A DNA stretch of 64,000 bases from positions 4,868,389 to 4,932,388 of the forward strand of contig CM121343.1 of assembly GCA_051530055.1 (NCBI GenBank). Reading direction: 5' to 3'. The notes under the pieces were generated by a model. The model made no database searches and had not been told where the DNA came from. It saw nothing but the letters and a program-made list of their open reading frames with translations. This stretch comes from Neoechinorhynchus agilis. Lineage: Eukaryota > Animalia > Acanthocephala. Below, one piece after another: positions 24,960 through 38,121 of the stretch. Position numbers and translations under genes: made by a program. Every line of letters begins with the position of its first letter. Positions within the stretch are counted from its first letter, which is position 1.

Positions 24960-25423
24960 ATTGGAATTATTGTTTAGAAGCTTACACCCGCGGAAAATGA
25001 CTATTTCGATAAAAAAGGCGTTCTGCGAACCTCGTCGGCTTCATCATCATTTCTAAAATATTGTACGTTGGCGAATCCTGTCCAAGGTGTTGTCGTTACT
25101 CATTTATTTGAGAAATATTTCGCAAAGTTTTCCTTGCCTCTTGAGTCGCTATTGCTTGTAAGTTTTTAAATATTCGAGTCAATAGCGACTGAAGAAGCAA
25201 GGTAAACCTTGCGAAATATTTCTCAAATAAATGAGTATCGATAACACCTTGGACAGGATTCACCAACGTACAATCAAATTCACCCCGAGGACTATGATAT
25301 ATGACAGTTCTAAAATACAAGCCTAGAACTGATGATAAACCCCCTACGAGGTTCGCAGAACGTCTTTTTAATCGAAATAATCATTAACCGCGGGTGTAGA
25401 CTTCTAACCATAATAATTCCAAT
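24960..25423. mobile_element. Foldback/MITE-like element (~460-bp imperfect hairpin)
   Basis: Arms pair along most of the length, e.g. ACTCATTTATTTGAGAAATATTTCGCAA with TTGCGAAATATTTCTCAAATAAATGAGT; termini ATTGGAATTATT and AATAATTCCAAT. Confidence 0.8.
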
Positions 25424-26081
25424 CACATTCCCGCCAGTACCTCCTTTCACATATCGACATTTTTAACATTTTATTGGTTCAACTATCATTTTCGGGGTGT
25501 CTACACTAGAAATTTTGCTTAAAATCGCAGAAATGGTCTTTGAGAAAGTTATCTCAACGGTCTCACAAGTAGAACTCTAATGGATTGGCACATAAATCCC
25601 GCTTGTATTGTTTATTTCCTCGAATGTTCATCATAATTTGAGTGAGCGGTGTTATTACTGCGAAAAGAAGATATTTTCTTTATTGACGATCGATTTATAT
25701 GGTACCTTTTCCAATACTTAGTTCTTCTTTATATTTATTATATTTTTGCAATCTGTAGATTTCAAAATCATCGATTCTTTTTTGTTATGTGGATATATTC
25801 AGGCTACTTAGATAACGTTTATTCTCTTCCGGCACCTCGTCAAAAACTTAAGGATTTACTTTCCTCCAATTTTGACAATTAAACCATTAAACCAGAGACT
25901 AATCCCCACTTTGGTATTGTTACTATATTAATATAGCCCTTCTTTGTGTCATGACTCACATCTTCCTGATATTTTAGTCTGCACAAAGAAATCCGCCGCG
26001 AATTCATCTTCCCCAGCTTGTTTGTAAAGTGTTCTTTTCGTTAGTTTTTATCGTACATTTTAGATTTCATTTAAATTCGTT

Positions 26082-29000
26082 ATGAGTTCCAAACAACACA
26101 AACACGTTTATGTTGACTCCTGCACAGTAACCAAGAAATTTCGGCTTAAAATGTAATAAGCAAAAAACTGCTAAATTTTATCCTATTTTTCCTAGTTTAT
26201 TTGTTGAGCTTTTTTATATGAAAGGCGATCAAACTCCGTTTGCCGATCAAATAGAATCGCCGCAAAGATCTCTGATAAATATGCACAAATTGTACGTAGT
26301 AACTCAACTTTGGTGGAGGAATACACCAATGTCCGCTCCGATGCGGACATCGAGCAAGTCGTTTTTTTCCAAATGGAAGTTAGTGTACGATACTACATTT
26401 AAGTCTTATAATTTATTTTTAGTTATGAAGAGTGGATCGAATTTCCAATAGGATACGATGAGCTGCATCGAAATACTGTACTGACTTTTGATCTGTACAG
26501 CAATCACGGCGCTAATAAGGAACCAATGCACATTGGCGGATCAACCGTGACCCTATTCGACGCTGAAGGGTTTGCATCTTTACTACCGAATTTCTTAAAC
26601 TTATTTCTGTATTTCCTGCTTCTGAGATTTTTCTACTGTTTTTATTAAGACTCCTCCGAAACTGAATGCAGTTGGGCTGGAAAGTCAAGCCTAAAAGATA
26701 AATTTCGCATTTAACATCAGAAATTCAGGCCTGTTTCAACATTTTTCAGCCTTTCGTTGAAAATAATTATGGACCTAAATGCGACTTTTACCATGAAGTT
26801 TAGATCATTCTAATTAACTTAATTTTCGATGAAGCTTTTACCAAAATTCGCTAAACGATCTAGATGCCTTCATATGGGTAATGTTGATCTGAAAGTGTGG
26901 ATTGGTCAAAAATCAGATGGTCGTAGTAAGATCGACAGTATCAAAACTCCCGGGCGTCCATTCGAACTTTTGAACACTGCCGGGTTGGATTACAAAGAAC
27001 TGGTAAAAGAATCGAATCTGATTGATAAGGAAACCAGCAAGAGAATGCCCAGTGCGCACGAATCGGAACTCAAGTCTCTCAATAGATTAGACCGTATTTC
27101 AAAAGTATCATTATCGAATATTGTAACGTGTATCCAAGTGTCTAATTTTAGCTCGTTCGAAAGTACGAGAAATGCATGCTTTCACAGAATTCTTATTTCG
27201 ATGAGCAAATACTGACACGTATAAAAGAAATATTTCAAGATTTTTATCGACGATTCAACTATTTGATATTGACTGTACGATTCGAGCGTTTCGTTCATCC
27301 ACATTCCGAAAAAACATCACTTGTGTATTCACTAAAAGTAAGTGAGGTTGAAAAAATTTCGCTCAAAATAGCATGGAATTTTAGGAAGGAACCGAACTTC
27401 AGACGCCTTACGCGTATGCCGAATCAGTACTTGGATCTCCTTTTCGAGCCTGTTTTGACGGCGAAAGGGATTTTGTTTGTTTTTGGGCTTCTAGTTGGAT
27501 TTATAATGCATTGCGAGTCGATTTAGAACAACTGTACCCAAGAGATGCACTTATTTCTTAATCGATCATCCGGTATGCAGGTCGACAAGACGTCTAAACC
27601 AGATCTACAGAAAAAAGAGATGCTAACGGTTTTGTCCTTTAAACGCTTTGCTGCCCACCAATTGCGCCATATATTTATATTAGTCGATTCTTAAATATCC
27701 ACCGGGAACTATTCTTAAGTTTGATGAGCAAGAACTTATTTGGGAATGTCGACATTATTTGGCATCAATCGAAGAGGTTTACTTGCATTTTTGACTAAGT
27801 TCCATTAAAAAGTTTTTAGGGCATTTGTAAGCTGCTCCAATGTGTGCGGTGGTCAGAAAATGAGGACATCGTGGATATCACATCCATACTCAGATCTTGG
27901 ACAACGGTAAATATAGATGATCTCTTAGTATTGCTTGGACCAAACTACAAGGCTAAATTAGTCAGAAAGTTTGCTGTTGAGCAACTTAACAATTTTAAGG
28001 ATGATGTCAGTATAAATTATTTAATTTAAAAGAAAATATTGAAGTCATAGGAAATGATCTTATACTTGCCACAATTAGTTCAAGCATTGCGCTATGAGAA
28101 TAGTTATATAGAAGATGATGGAACTTCAGCTCAAAAGAGTGTGCAACAGTCTCTCAGTGAGTTCTAATGTTGTCTTAACACAACCAAATTTTGATTAGTC
28201 CAGAATACGTGCTTAAGAACCTTCCTATCGAATCGAGCAGCAAAAAATTTAAAATTAGCCACTTTTCTCTATTGGTAAGTATCCTGGACCATTTTAGAAG
28301 ATAAAAATTATTTCTAAGAGTTTGTGAGTCTATCATTCTTTGCTTGAATCAGATATTCTACTCGATTCCAACTAAACTTTAATAACGATATCCGAATCAA
28401 TGTTGTCCAAATTCGATGAGTAAGCGCAGTTTATACCTGCCAATGATCATTTTTAATGTGCCTTGTTTGATTTGATGCCTAAAAAGGAAAATAAGCCGAG
28501 TAAGGGATGTTCTAAAAGCACTGCATTGAACGAGTTGACTTTTATTGTTATTATTTGTTTTTCGTCAAATCTCGCTACTCATAAGGACCACTTTCCTTGG
28601 GCTTCGTGTATCGCCGTTGTGACGTGTAGATGATCATCCATGAGTTTAGTTAACAGCTTAAATTCATTTCAGAACAATATAAAAAATAATGATATTTGGC
28701 TTTTACTGGGCCTAAATGTGGCAGAATTGTTGCGTACACAAACTAACTCATCTTTAGGTACTTAACAGTGGAGGTCGTAAGCGATGAGGAGATTCACAAG
28801 GTTTGATATCCACTCATGACTTTGTTTTTGCTCCGCTATCAAATCAATATTACAGAGGCCATCGCGATTCTAACCATCTTTATAGTTCATTAATTTCTAA
28901 AATTGAAAATAGAGACTACGATTCGCATCTTTTTTCAAAAATATGTTCTGCGTAAGTGGATTTTGCATGGCATTTTTTAAGCCTTCATAAATATCTTCCA

Positions 29001-31447
29001 ATTCAAGAAAATATTTTTTTTGTAGTTTTGCCACCCCATATTTAAATTCACTAATTTATTTCCGTTATATCGTCGGATAATATTTCGACATTATCAAGGT
29101 TTGTCATTTTTTGTTGTTGTCTTGAGTATCTGCAGCAAACACAATGACAAACTTGATAATGTCGGAATATTATCCGACGATATAACGGAAATAAATTAGT
29201 GAATTTAAATATGGGGTAGCAAAACTATCAAAAGGACGTATCTTTTTCCCCGAAGACTATAATCCAAGGCATCAATAAAATATGCCTACAGAAAAGTTTA
29301 CCTAACTTCTTGTTAGATGTTACATTTAAGAAATCCTAATGAATTGTCGACCTAGATTCAACTTTAGGAGTAATGGTATACTCACTAACTTTTAACGGTC
29401 ATTTTTAATTAAGATTTGCAAGAATGCGAACAGAACCTCATCACTCTACAAAGAAGTTCTTAGGGACTTCCTAAAAGCTTTAAAGACCATAAGTGGAACT
29501 GGTCGTCAAATTCACGACCACATTTGCGCTCAGCAAAGCTTCGTTAGTAAACTGGAAAAACTGTCGGAACTATTAAAAAATGAATCTGGGTCAAAGAGGA
29601 AACAAGAACTCTTGCATTCCATACTTAGAAAAGAAGATAACCCGCTAAAGTATAACTTTATGCACTTTACAGAACCATTTCCACTACCCCTGGATCCTCA
29701 CAAAATTGTTTGCGGAATCGAAGTTGATTCTGCTCATGTATATCCGAGTGTTCAGTCGCCTTTCAAACTCGTTTTTAAGACGATGGACGGTGGGAAATAC
29801 ACTGCCATTTTTAAAAACGGGGATGATTTGAGACAAGATCAATTGGTTCTGCAGTTGATTGTATTGATCGATAAAGTAATGCAAAGGGAGAACATTGATC
29901 TCAAATTGACTCCTTACACGGTGCTTGCCACAAGTACCCATCACGGTTTCGTTGTAAATTTGTTTATAACAACCTATCGACTTCCAATAGGTCTTGTTCA
30001 ATATATTGACGCAATTGGTTTAAGAAATATAAAAGCTCAACATCAAAGCATTTATTCTTACCTCGATATAATTTGTGAGAAATCTAAGTTAAGTAAATCT
30101 CACATGATCGATAATTATGTTAAAAGTTGCGGTTTGTCTTCTTTTAAATTTTTTCCAAATGATACTTAAACTTTCATATAGCCGGTTACTGTGTTATAAC
30201 ATATTTACTGGGGGTTGGAGACAGACACATGGACAATCTAATGATAAGACCAAGTGGTAAAATCTTTTTTTACTTTACAGTCTACTAACGATATTGGCTA
30301 GGTCATTTATTTCACATAGATTTTAGTTATTTATTTGGCCGAGATCCAAAACCTATGGCACCTGTAATGAAGCTTAACAAAGATATGATTATATCCATGG
30401 GGAATAATGTTGGTGATTTTCGAAAGTATTGTTTTACGGCGTTTCTTCATCTACGAAGGTGAGTAAGCAATGACAAAGAGAAAAATTCAGAATCCATAAT
30501 TTACCAAGGATGTTTCCAAAAGACATCCTTTTGTGGAACTTTAAAAAAATTGGTTTCAAAACTCACAAGTCATTACATGTCGAACTCATTTCAACAACTC
30601 TCGTTTTATCTCACACTTTTCAAAAACGCTTGACAAAGAAATACACGTGGTAAAGTTAATTGATCATATTTCTTTAATTCACAATACTTCGAGATTTTAC
30701 CCCAGAAATACTATTATATTTAATCGCTTATTGAAGCTTGATTTATTTTTGGGTAATCGATTTCCGTTATTTAACGTACAATGCAGTGCATTATAGATTT
30801 TACGAGATACTAATCTTTCAAGTTTGATTAAATTAACACTCATGGGGTTCAGAAAATAAAAGAAACTTATAGCATAAGCATTCGTCAAGTCTTAATTATT
30901 CAATGCCTAGGCTTAAATGTATTTCTCTCACTTTCCAAACTGAGATCTGAAATAAAATATCCACTGAATCAACGAACGTGCTCGTAATTTTTTTAATATC
31001 CACCGCGTGAAAAAAATCGTACGAACATTAATTGCTAAATAGTTTTGAATAAACCCACATCTTCAAGTCCATTTTCTTATTATAACATTTCTACTACTAA
31101 TTAACATACTGTCCACGTTTACAGACATGCGAATATGATTTTGAACGTTTTGTCTCTCATGTTAGACGCAAATATCCCCGATATTCAGTGTGAGCCTGAT
31201 AAGACGATTCACAAGGTTTGCTTTCGAAAATTCAATTTTCAAGCATTTTCCTCAAAGGTTCACACAAGATTCCGGTTAGATTTGGACGACGAAGCAGCCG
31301 TCCTTCACCTTCAGAAAATGATAGATCAATCAATAAGTGCCCTTCTACCACAACTGATGGACATTCTTCACAACATTGCTGCTGTAAAGTATTGCTTTAT
31401 CAATCGACCTTATTAAAATCCTCGTCTCCATTTAGTCGGTAAGATGA
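26082..31447 (+). CDS. PIK3C3: Class III phosphatidylinositol 3-kinase Vps34, many short exons
   Basis: C2 domain ([17 protein letters not shown]...IGGSTVTLF; DLKVW...KTPG), helical domain ([13 protein letters not shown]), kinase domain ([16 protein letters not shown]..; [14 protein letters not shown]; FHIDF) and C-terminal DANIPDI..EPDK. ATG at 26082; predicted stop at 31445-31447 after a 52-nt intron. Confidence 0.93.
29023..29227. mobile_element. MITE-like palindrome inside a Vps34 intron
   Basis: Two near-perfect arms (CATATTTAAATTCACTAATTTATTTCCGTTATATCGTCGGATAATATT.CGACATTATCAAG and its reverse complement); TA at both outer ends. Confidence 0.85.
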
Positions 31448-31682
31448 GCTACGCTGACGAAGCAACAAATAAATGTTCTCTTATTTGTGTGGGAATTTAG
31501 GGCAAATTGTACTTACTCCCTTTAAGATCGAAGGTAGCGGAAAGTCCGTTGATTAAAGACGCAAATATTGTCACTGTAGGTATTTGGATATAAAATATCT
31601 CTCTAACGTTCAGTGAAACCATTCGGACAGAATTTGTGAAATTGCTCATCGTTTTATCTGCTTACGATTGAAACGAAAATTT

Positions 31683-32650
31683 TAATAACACGTTTTATTG
31701 ATCAAAGTAGAGGATCAGTATACCTTTGGGTCCTCGTGAACACTCGAACAATATAATAGGTTAAATGGATGCAGTTTTTATTTCGGAGTGGATGACTGGG
31801 AGTCTGCAATGTTAGACCTCTCCTTCGCCTCCCGAACGCTCGAACAATATGATAGGTTCAATGAATGTGGCTGTTTATTTTAGGGTGGATGTAGGGTCCG
31901 GCCGAGTGCAGGGGAAATTGTGGTATTGTGGCTTTTCTCTGCTTCGTGAACGCTGGAACAATATGAAAGGTTCAATGAATGTGGCTGTTTATTTTAGGGT
32001 GGATGTAGGGTCCGCCGAGTGCAGGGGAAATTGTGGTATTGTGTCTTTTCTCTGCTTTGAACGCTGGAACAATATGAAAGGTTCAATGAATGTGGCTGTT
32101 TATTTTAGGGTGGATGTAGGGTCCGGCCGAGTGCAGGGGAAATTGTGGTATTGTGTCTTTTCTCTGCTTCGTGAACGCTGGAACAATATGAAAGGTTCAA
32201 TGAATGTGGCTGTTTATTTTAGGGTGGATGTAGGGTCCGGCCGAGTGCAGGGGAAATTGTGGTATTGTGTCTTTTCTCTGCTTCGTGAACGCTGGAACAA
32301 TATGAAAGGTTCAATGAATGTGGCTGTTTATTTTAAAGTGGATGTAGGGTCCGGCCGAGTGCAGGGGAAATTGTGGTATTGTGGCTTTTCTCTGCTTCGT
32401 GAACGCTGGAACAATATGAAAGGTTCAATGAATGTGGCTGATTATTTTAGGGTGGATGTAGGGTCCGGCCGAGTGCAGGGGAAATTGTGGTATTGTGTCT
32501 TTTCTCTGCTTCGTGAACGCTCGAACAATATGAAAGGTTCAATGAATGTGGCTGTTTATTTTAGGGTGGATGTATGTTCCGGTCGAATGGAAAACCTGTT
32601 GGCTATTGGTGTAGGAGAGTTTGCTCGTTTGAGAAATTCCTCTGCTATTC
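31683..32650. repeat. Tandem array of the core/spacer family: one 96-bp unit plus six 114/111-bp units and a partial seventh
   Basis: Cores (GAAC(A/G)CT(C/G)GAACAATAT...AGGTT(C/A)AATG) start at 31738, 31834, 31948, 32059, 32173, 32287, 32401 and 32515; left box CACGTTTTATTGATCAAAGTAG at 31689. Confidence 0.95.
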
Positions 32651-33189
32651 AGTCCTAAATATGTAAAAGAAAAGAAAACGATTCAGTCAATGAGTGAAAT
32701 ATGAGGCATTTTACCGATATCTCAACGTAAACACGGCCAAAAAAATGGTTTTAACGTCTACTTAAAAATGCGAAAAGAGAGCGAGAGTGAGATATCTTTC
32801 CGCGTCATCCCTAGTTTTGCTCGAGAACTTTCGCACAATATTCATCGTTTATCCGTAGGACTGCCCTACATTTCAACTAATAGTAAAAAATATTTAGTCG
32901 TTACAGAATTGCGGTTGCATGCAAAGTTTCTTTTCGTGGACGATTTTTAGCAAAATTATCTAAATGGGAGGTGCGTGTTCAAGGAAGTAATAGCCCGGCG
33001 GGTACATAGAAGATTGAATGCACCTAATTTTCCAGCAGCATTATAGCGCGAAAAAAATATTAGCTGGTACGGCACCGTCCTCGTTTGAAATCAGTGGTTT
33101 CGATGAGCGGTCGTACATTAAACGATAAATTGAGTCACAAATAATCGATTTTTTCTGACGATCAAAGGTGATGATCGTGAACATGAAGG

Positions 33190-35857
33190 TTATATCGCTT
33201 TATATCCGCCAGGAGTGTTCGCAGGATAGTTTTCGGAAACACCGCCGTATGTTTGCCGTAGTTCATCAAAGGACTGCATTCCAACCGACTGCAGTTCGGT
33301 GATCACGTCAGAAGACGGTTTCATTTCAAGGTCGCATAAAAACTGACTCGGTGTAATGATGTGATCTGAGCCTGCACAATTATGAGTGCGCCTATATTTG
33401 TTTTAAGCTAGCAAAAAACTAACCGATAATGATCTCCCATTTTCTATTCGCGGTAGTAACTTCATAAGCGCATCGCATTTCTGGATAAGTCAACCCACCG
33501 AGAATAAAAACTATTAACCTCGGACCACTTGATCTGTACTGTCCGCTTGCTCCTTGACCCACTCTTCCTTGTCGATGCCATCCATAATCCCGGGCACTTG
33601 AAAATTATAAGCAAATTAAAAAAGAAAACATGGACAAGTAAACCTCGTAAAGTTTGCTGAGAATTTTTGTCCGAGAAAAGGAAACGTTCTGGTATCGAGT
33701 TTGTCTTCGATAACATTCTAAAATGATACAGAGATATCGCTACGCTGCCGGCGTTGATAATTCGTCACCTCCATAAGATCTTTTACATACGGAATCCATC
33801 TTGACGTGTGATAAGTAGGTTCGATTCGTTCTTTCCGTGGTGATGGTAGGTTTCGTTTTCTGGCACTCTGGTAAAGATTTAAGAGTGATTTTTGACAAAG
33901 CTTACAACATACCCATCCAGCGGTGTCCTGTATGATTTGCAAATTTAACAATTGAAGATTCATAACAATTTGGCGTCGATCATTGGGGATGCTGGCATGT
34001 GCGAGGAGCTTGTCCAAATTTTCCTCTGTTATCCCGTTCTTGTGCAATATGTAAAGCATTATGACTCGGAGTTTATTGTCGACTGAAATCGACGGATCAA
34101 GGAGAATTGGAACGATAAACTTCATATGGTCCTTAATTTTCTCGCCTTCGTGATCTGTACCCATAACAAGATTCTTCGTATTTTCGGTTGAGCGAAGCGA
34201 CTAAAAGATTCGAATACCTGCTCAACGATACAGATTTTATCCAATTTTCCTTGATATCGCTTCATGCAATCCTCTGCGAGATGCAGGTGAAGAGAATAGG
34301 CGCCTATTTCCTTTTGGTACTGTGGAAGTTTCTTCACCATTTGAGACAAATCGCGGATGGTTGATTTTTCACCGTCTTTGAGTCTCTTTTGAACTGCGAA
34401 TTCCTTTAGTTTGCGTGTAACCAACCTGAAGGAAAAAGGCAAAATAACTCTGACAAGGATGCATTCGATAAGTTGATATAAACGAAAAACTGATGAAAAC
34501 CCTTTTAAGTGTGGATGTGTGTGTTGCGAATTCGATAATGTTATCATTTAATAACCTTAGGTTTGATTTTCAAAATGCTTACTGTGAAACAGTGGCAATA
34601 TGTTGATGTCTTAATTCGAGCCATAGATCATCAGAATCATTTAGGACAACTTCCTTTTCGCGTTCATCACTACCACTCTGACACACATTTGCAGGTAAGA
34701 GCGGCTTGATGGCCTCGCTAGCATTTCCAAGATCACCTCCGCAGGGGGCATCCTGACCGTCGCCACCAGAACTCTGCGAAGCATAACGGTACACATCGTT
34801 GACAATAGGAATAAGATCGTAAGCCATTGCTTGAAACGTAAGATCATGAACAAGCGGAGTCACAGAATCGAACCCCCGATCTGCAACGTGAATATCACAC
34901 AGTCCCGAAGATATCCACATCTTAAAATGAGAAGGACGCTCTTGGATTTATCTGGTCCTTCACCCATTGAGGGATCCTCGGCTTTGTATTTATCCATTTT
35001 AGATTGCAAAATATGGGCAAACTCAATGTTCCTGATGAACTCAGATCTGTACCGTACATAAGGGTATTCCTGAAGACTGGCACACAGTGTCGCTATTTGT
35101 TCAGCTAAAACTTCAAAATGACTGGATCTCATTTGATTGTTTGCAGGATTATATGTAATATCCAAAGTATTGGGTGAACCAAGAGTGAACACCTACGATG
35201 CCTCCTTAAGCCCAACAAAGGTTTCTTCGCGTCTTACTTGTTTTTCGTACGGTATAAAAGCAACATTCAATTCTCGCAAAGTCTTGGTGTATTGAGCCAA
35301 TTTACTGCGACTTAATCTGCTGAACAATTCGTCGTTGCATGCCTCTGTAAAGAACACATGAGCCGCCTTGTATTTCACGTCCTCTCGGCTTGCTGAGCCA
35401 CTCGATGGATGACATTCAAAGTCACTCAGGATTCGCCCAACTGACTAGAACAAAAAGCGACGAACGACGTCCCGGCCAGTGTTTACGAACAAAGTACCTG
35501 TTCGGTCGGTGTCACAAAATATATCGCCTCAAGTTGAGGTAGCGGCTCTCGATTCTTATTGACATCCTCGACAACTACACAAAGGCTCATCTTACGACTA
35601 GTCACCCGAAACTCACTTGTCACTCCCTCAGCCATGACGTCATGCATACGACACGAAGCAGACACAATCTGCGTCCCGAGCCAATCCATCACCAATACTT
35701 TCCAATCATTCTTGTCCTTACGCTTCACCGTGTCACATCGCAACATATCATTCAGTATTCCTTTATAGTACTAAGATCATGGACCAACACCCAAAAAACA
35801 CTTACGTTGACCTACAATGTATTTCAGGCTACCACCACCGAGGGAAGCCGTAGACAT
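33190..35857 (-). CDS. STXBP1: Sec1/Munc18 protein (unc-18/Rop/STXBP1), multi-exon
   Basis: [14 protein letters not shown]; WKVLVMD....[17 protein letters not shown]; [15 protein letters not shown]; [10 protein letters not shown]; [20 protein letters not shown]; [23 protein letters not shown]; [14 protein letters not shown]; GSDHIITP. Confidence 0.95.
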
Positions 35858-35974
35858 CCCAAGAATACACTAATGAACGCAACACGACACCTAAGACGAT
35901 CCTGCACTCAAAAATTTAAATTAGACAAAAAATGTGAAGAAACAAGAATTCTTCTCAGTCATGTAGCGCAAACT

Positions 35975-36245
35975 AGTTTAGCAATCACGCGAATATTGAT
36001 TTCATTTTTATCTCTAGGAACAAATAAGGGAGTCTCCGGACAGATCAACGTTTCTAAAGTTCTACGTTTTTTCAATTGTTGTGAAAATTTAACATTTTTA
36101 CAAACGGAATTTTTGTGCTAAGAGCGATACTTTAGTGCAGTTTAGCAATCACGCGAATATTGATTTCATTTTTCTTTCTAGGCATAAAAAAGGGAATCCT
36201 CGGGCAAATCAACGTTTCTAATATTCTACGTTTTGTCAATTGTTT
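35975..36245. repeat. Diverged direct duplication (period 164 bp) just upstream of Munc18
   Basis: Identical 34-nt block AGTTTAGCAATCACGCGAATATTGATTTCATTTT at 35975 and 36139, followed by similar sequence. Confidence 0.75.
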
Positions 36246-36429
36246 GTAAATGGTCAAAACTATTACAAAATTCATATTCAATCAATTTAAGATTTTAGCA
36301 ACAGAAATTCTTGTGTTAAGAGCCGCATGTTAAACATGCTGCCCAAATATTTGAAGATCTTTTCGATCTGAGTTCCTTGCGTATCGAGGTTACCCGGCTC
36401 CATGTTTTTTGTTTTGCACTTGTTCACAA

Positions 36430-38121
36430 TCAATCCGTCGCTCTCCAATCGCTGTTCTACAGCAAATTCTTGAGCGTGTCCACGTCCCTAGCTGTGAGCA
36501 CCAAATAGTCCGCGAATAGTATCGTCCACGGTGCGTTCATTTCTCTTTCCGCATTTCCTAGGACGTCTATCACGATCGTGAACAAGAAAGGGCTCAGGGC
36601 CGAACCCTGTTGCAGACCCACGGAGACTAGTCGGTCGTTCCGTTGTGGCATTGCACGCAGGTATAGCATTCTCGATACATCGCTCGAATCGCGGTGACAT
36701 AGTGTTCAGGACAATTCCTTTTCCTGAGGAATGCCCACACCAGATCTCGAGGGACTGTGTCGTACGCCCCTTCCAAATCGACTAACACACACTGTGCAAC
36801 GGGCACTGCATCTCACTGAACCTCGCATGTTTGTAGTCGTCTGCATTCGAGGCTGAAGCGTCAAAATCCAATCTTTTCCTGGCTGACTTTTTCAGACTGA
36901 TTGCGTCCTTGACGAATGGATTCCACCACCATCCCCCTTTGTTATGGGGTGGGTTTACTCGATGTCATTCCTAGGATGTTCTTTGCTTGACTACGAATCG
37001 ATTCGGCTGTCTCATTCCACCATCGTTCCAGTTCAGCCGAATTCTCGCTCAATTTCTGGGTTAGCACCATTTTCATCTTTTCCATGAGTATGGGATCCTT
37101 TAGCCTCCACCACTTGATTTTAGGTGCAATGCTCGTTGTCGGCTGTTTGACTCTCCCTCGAATATTGAGGCCCATCACAAGCACTCTATATTGCGTGGTG
37201 CACTCCTCTCCTAATATTATCTTTACATTCTGAACTTCACCCCATCTCTCTATCGGATACAAAATGAAATCGATTTGGCTTGATCTTCCACCGCTTGAGT
37301 ATGTATAAAGGTGTCGTGGGTCTTTTTTGTAGTATGTATCGGAAATACGCAGCTCCAACGCTGCTGCGTAATCCAATAGTCTTACACCCTCGGCGTTCCT
37401 TGATCCTACACTGTGTCCTTCATGAATTCGCTCGTATCCATCTCTCGGCCTCACGTGCCTGTTGAAATCGCCGGTTTATTCCGCATCGACCCTAGGCATT
37501 GTCACTTCCAATAAATCTAGCCAAAATTGCTTCTTCTCCGCTTCACTACAACCGACTTGTGGGGCGTACGCAGAAACTATTGTCGTGGCTTCGCCGTTAA
37601 CGCTTACCTTCAGCACCATTACCCGATCGCTTGTTCGTGTCACCTCTACGACGTTGTCCACTAGGTCCTTTGATACTATGACGCCCATTCCGTTTTTGCC
37701 ACTTGCTCCTCCACTATAGAATAGTTTAAATCCGTCGCCTAATTCTTTAACCTTCCCTCCTTTCCATCTGATCTCCTGGACGCCAAGAATTTCGATTTTT
37801 CTCCTCATCAATTTGGCCACTTCCCTGCTTCTCCCGGTCATTGAACCTACGTCCAGGGTGCCGATTCGTATTTTGAAAGCGACTCGCTTCTTTAGTCGAA
37901 CCCGTCGTTGATCCGGTAACCCCGAATAATTTTTCACAAACCCCGGGGCGCCGGGTCTGCGCGTCGCATGAAGGGAACGCCCTAGCCCGATTGATCGGAG
38001 GTATTAGACTTGATATTGCTGATGTGTTTTTGGCTCAAGGTTTTACGGTCGGATGCCCTTCCTGACGCCAACCCTCCCCAATTGTCCGGGCTTGGGACCG
38101 GCACCGGGTCACCCCGATGGC
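36430..38121 (-). mobile_element. RTE-clade LINE with 5' end present, internally deleted, frameshifted and 3' truncated
   Basis: APE motifs (IGTLDVGSMTGRSRE, ILGVQEIRWKG, SAYAPQVG, SQIDFIL) and RT fragments (VGLQQGSALSPFLF; LFADY in place of FADD). Confidence 0.9.
38068..38120 (-). ncRNA. Twister ribozyme core at the RTE 5' end; 5' P1/P2 strands missing
   Basis: The minus strand reads GCCATCGGGGTGACCCGGTGCCGGTCCCAAGCCCGGACAATTGGGGAGGGTTGG: a hairpin followed by the conserved twister core. Confidence 0.7.
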
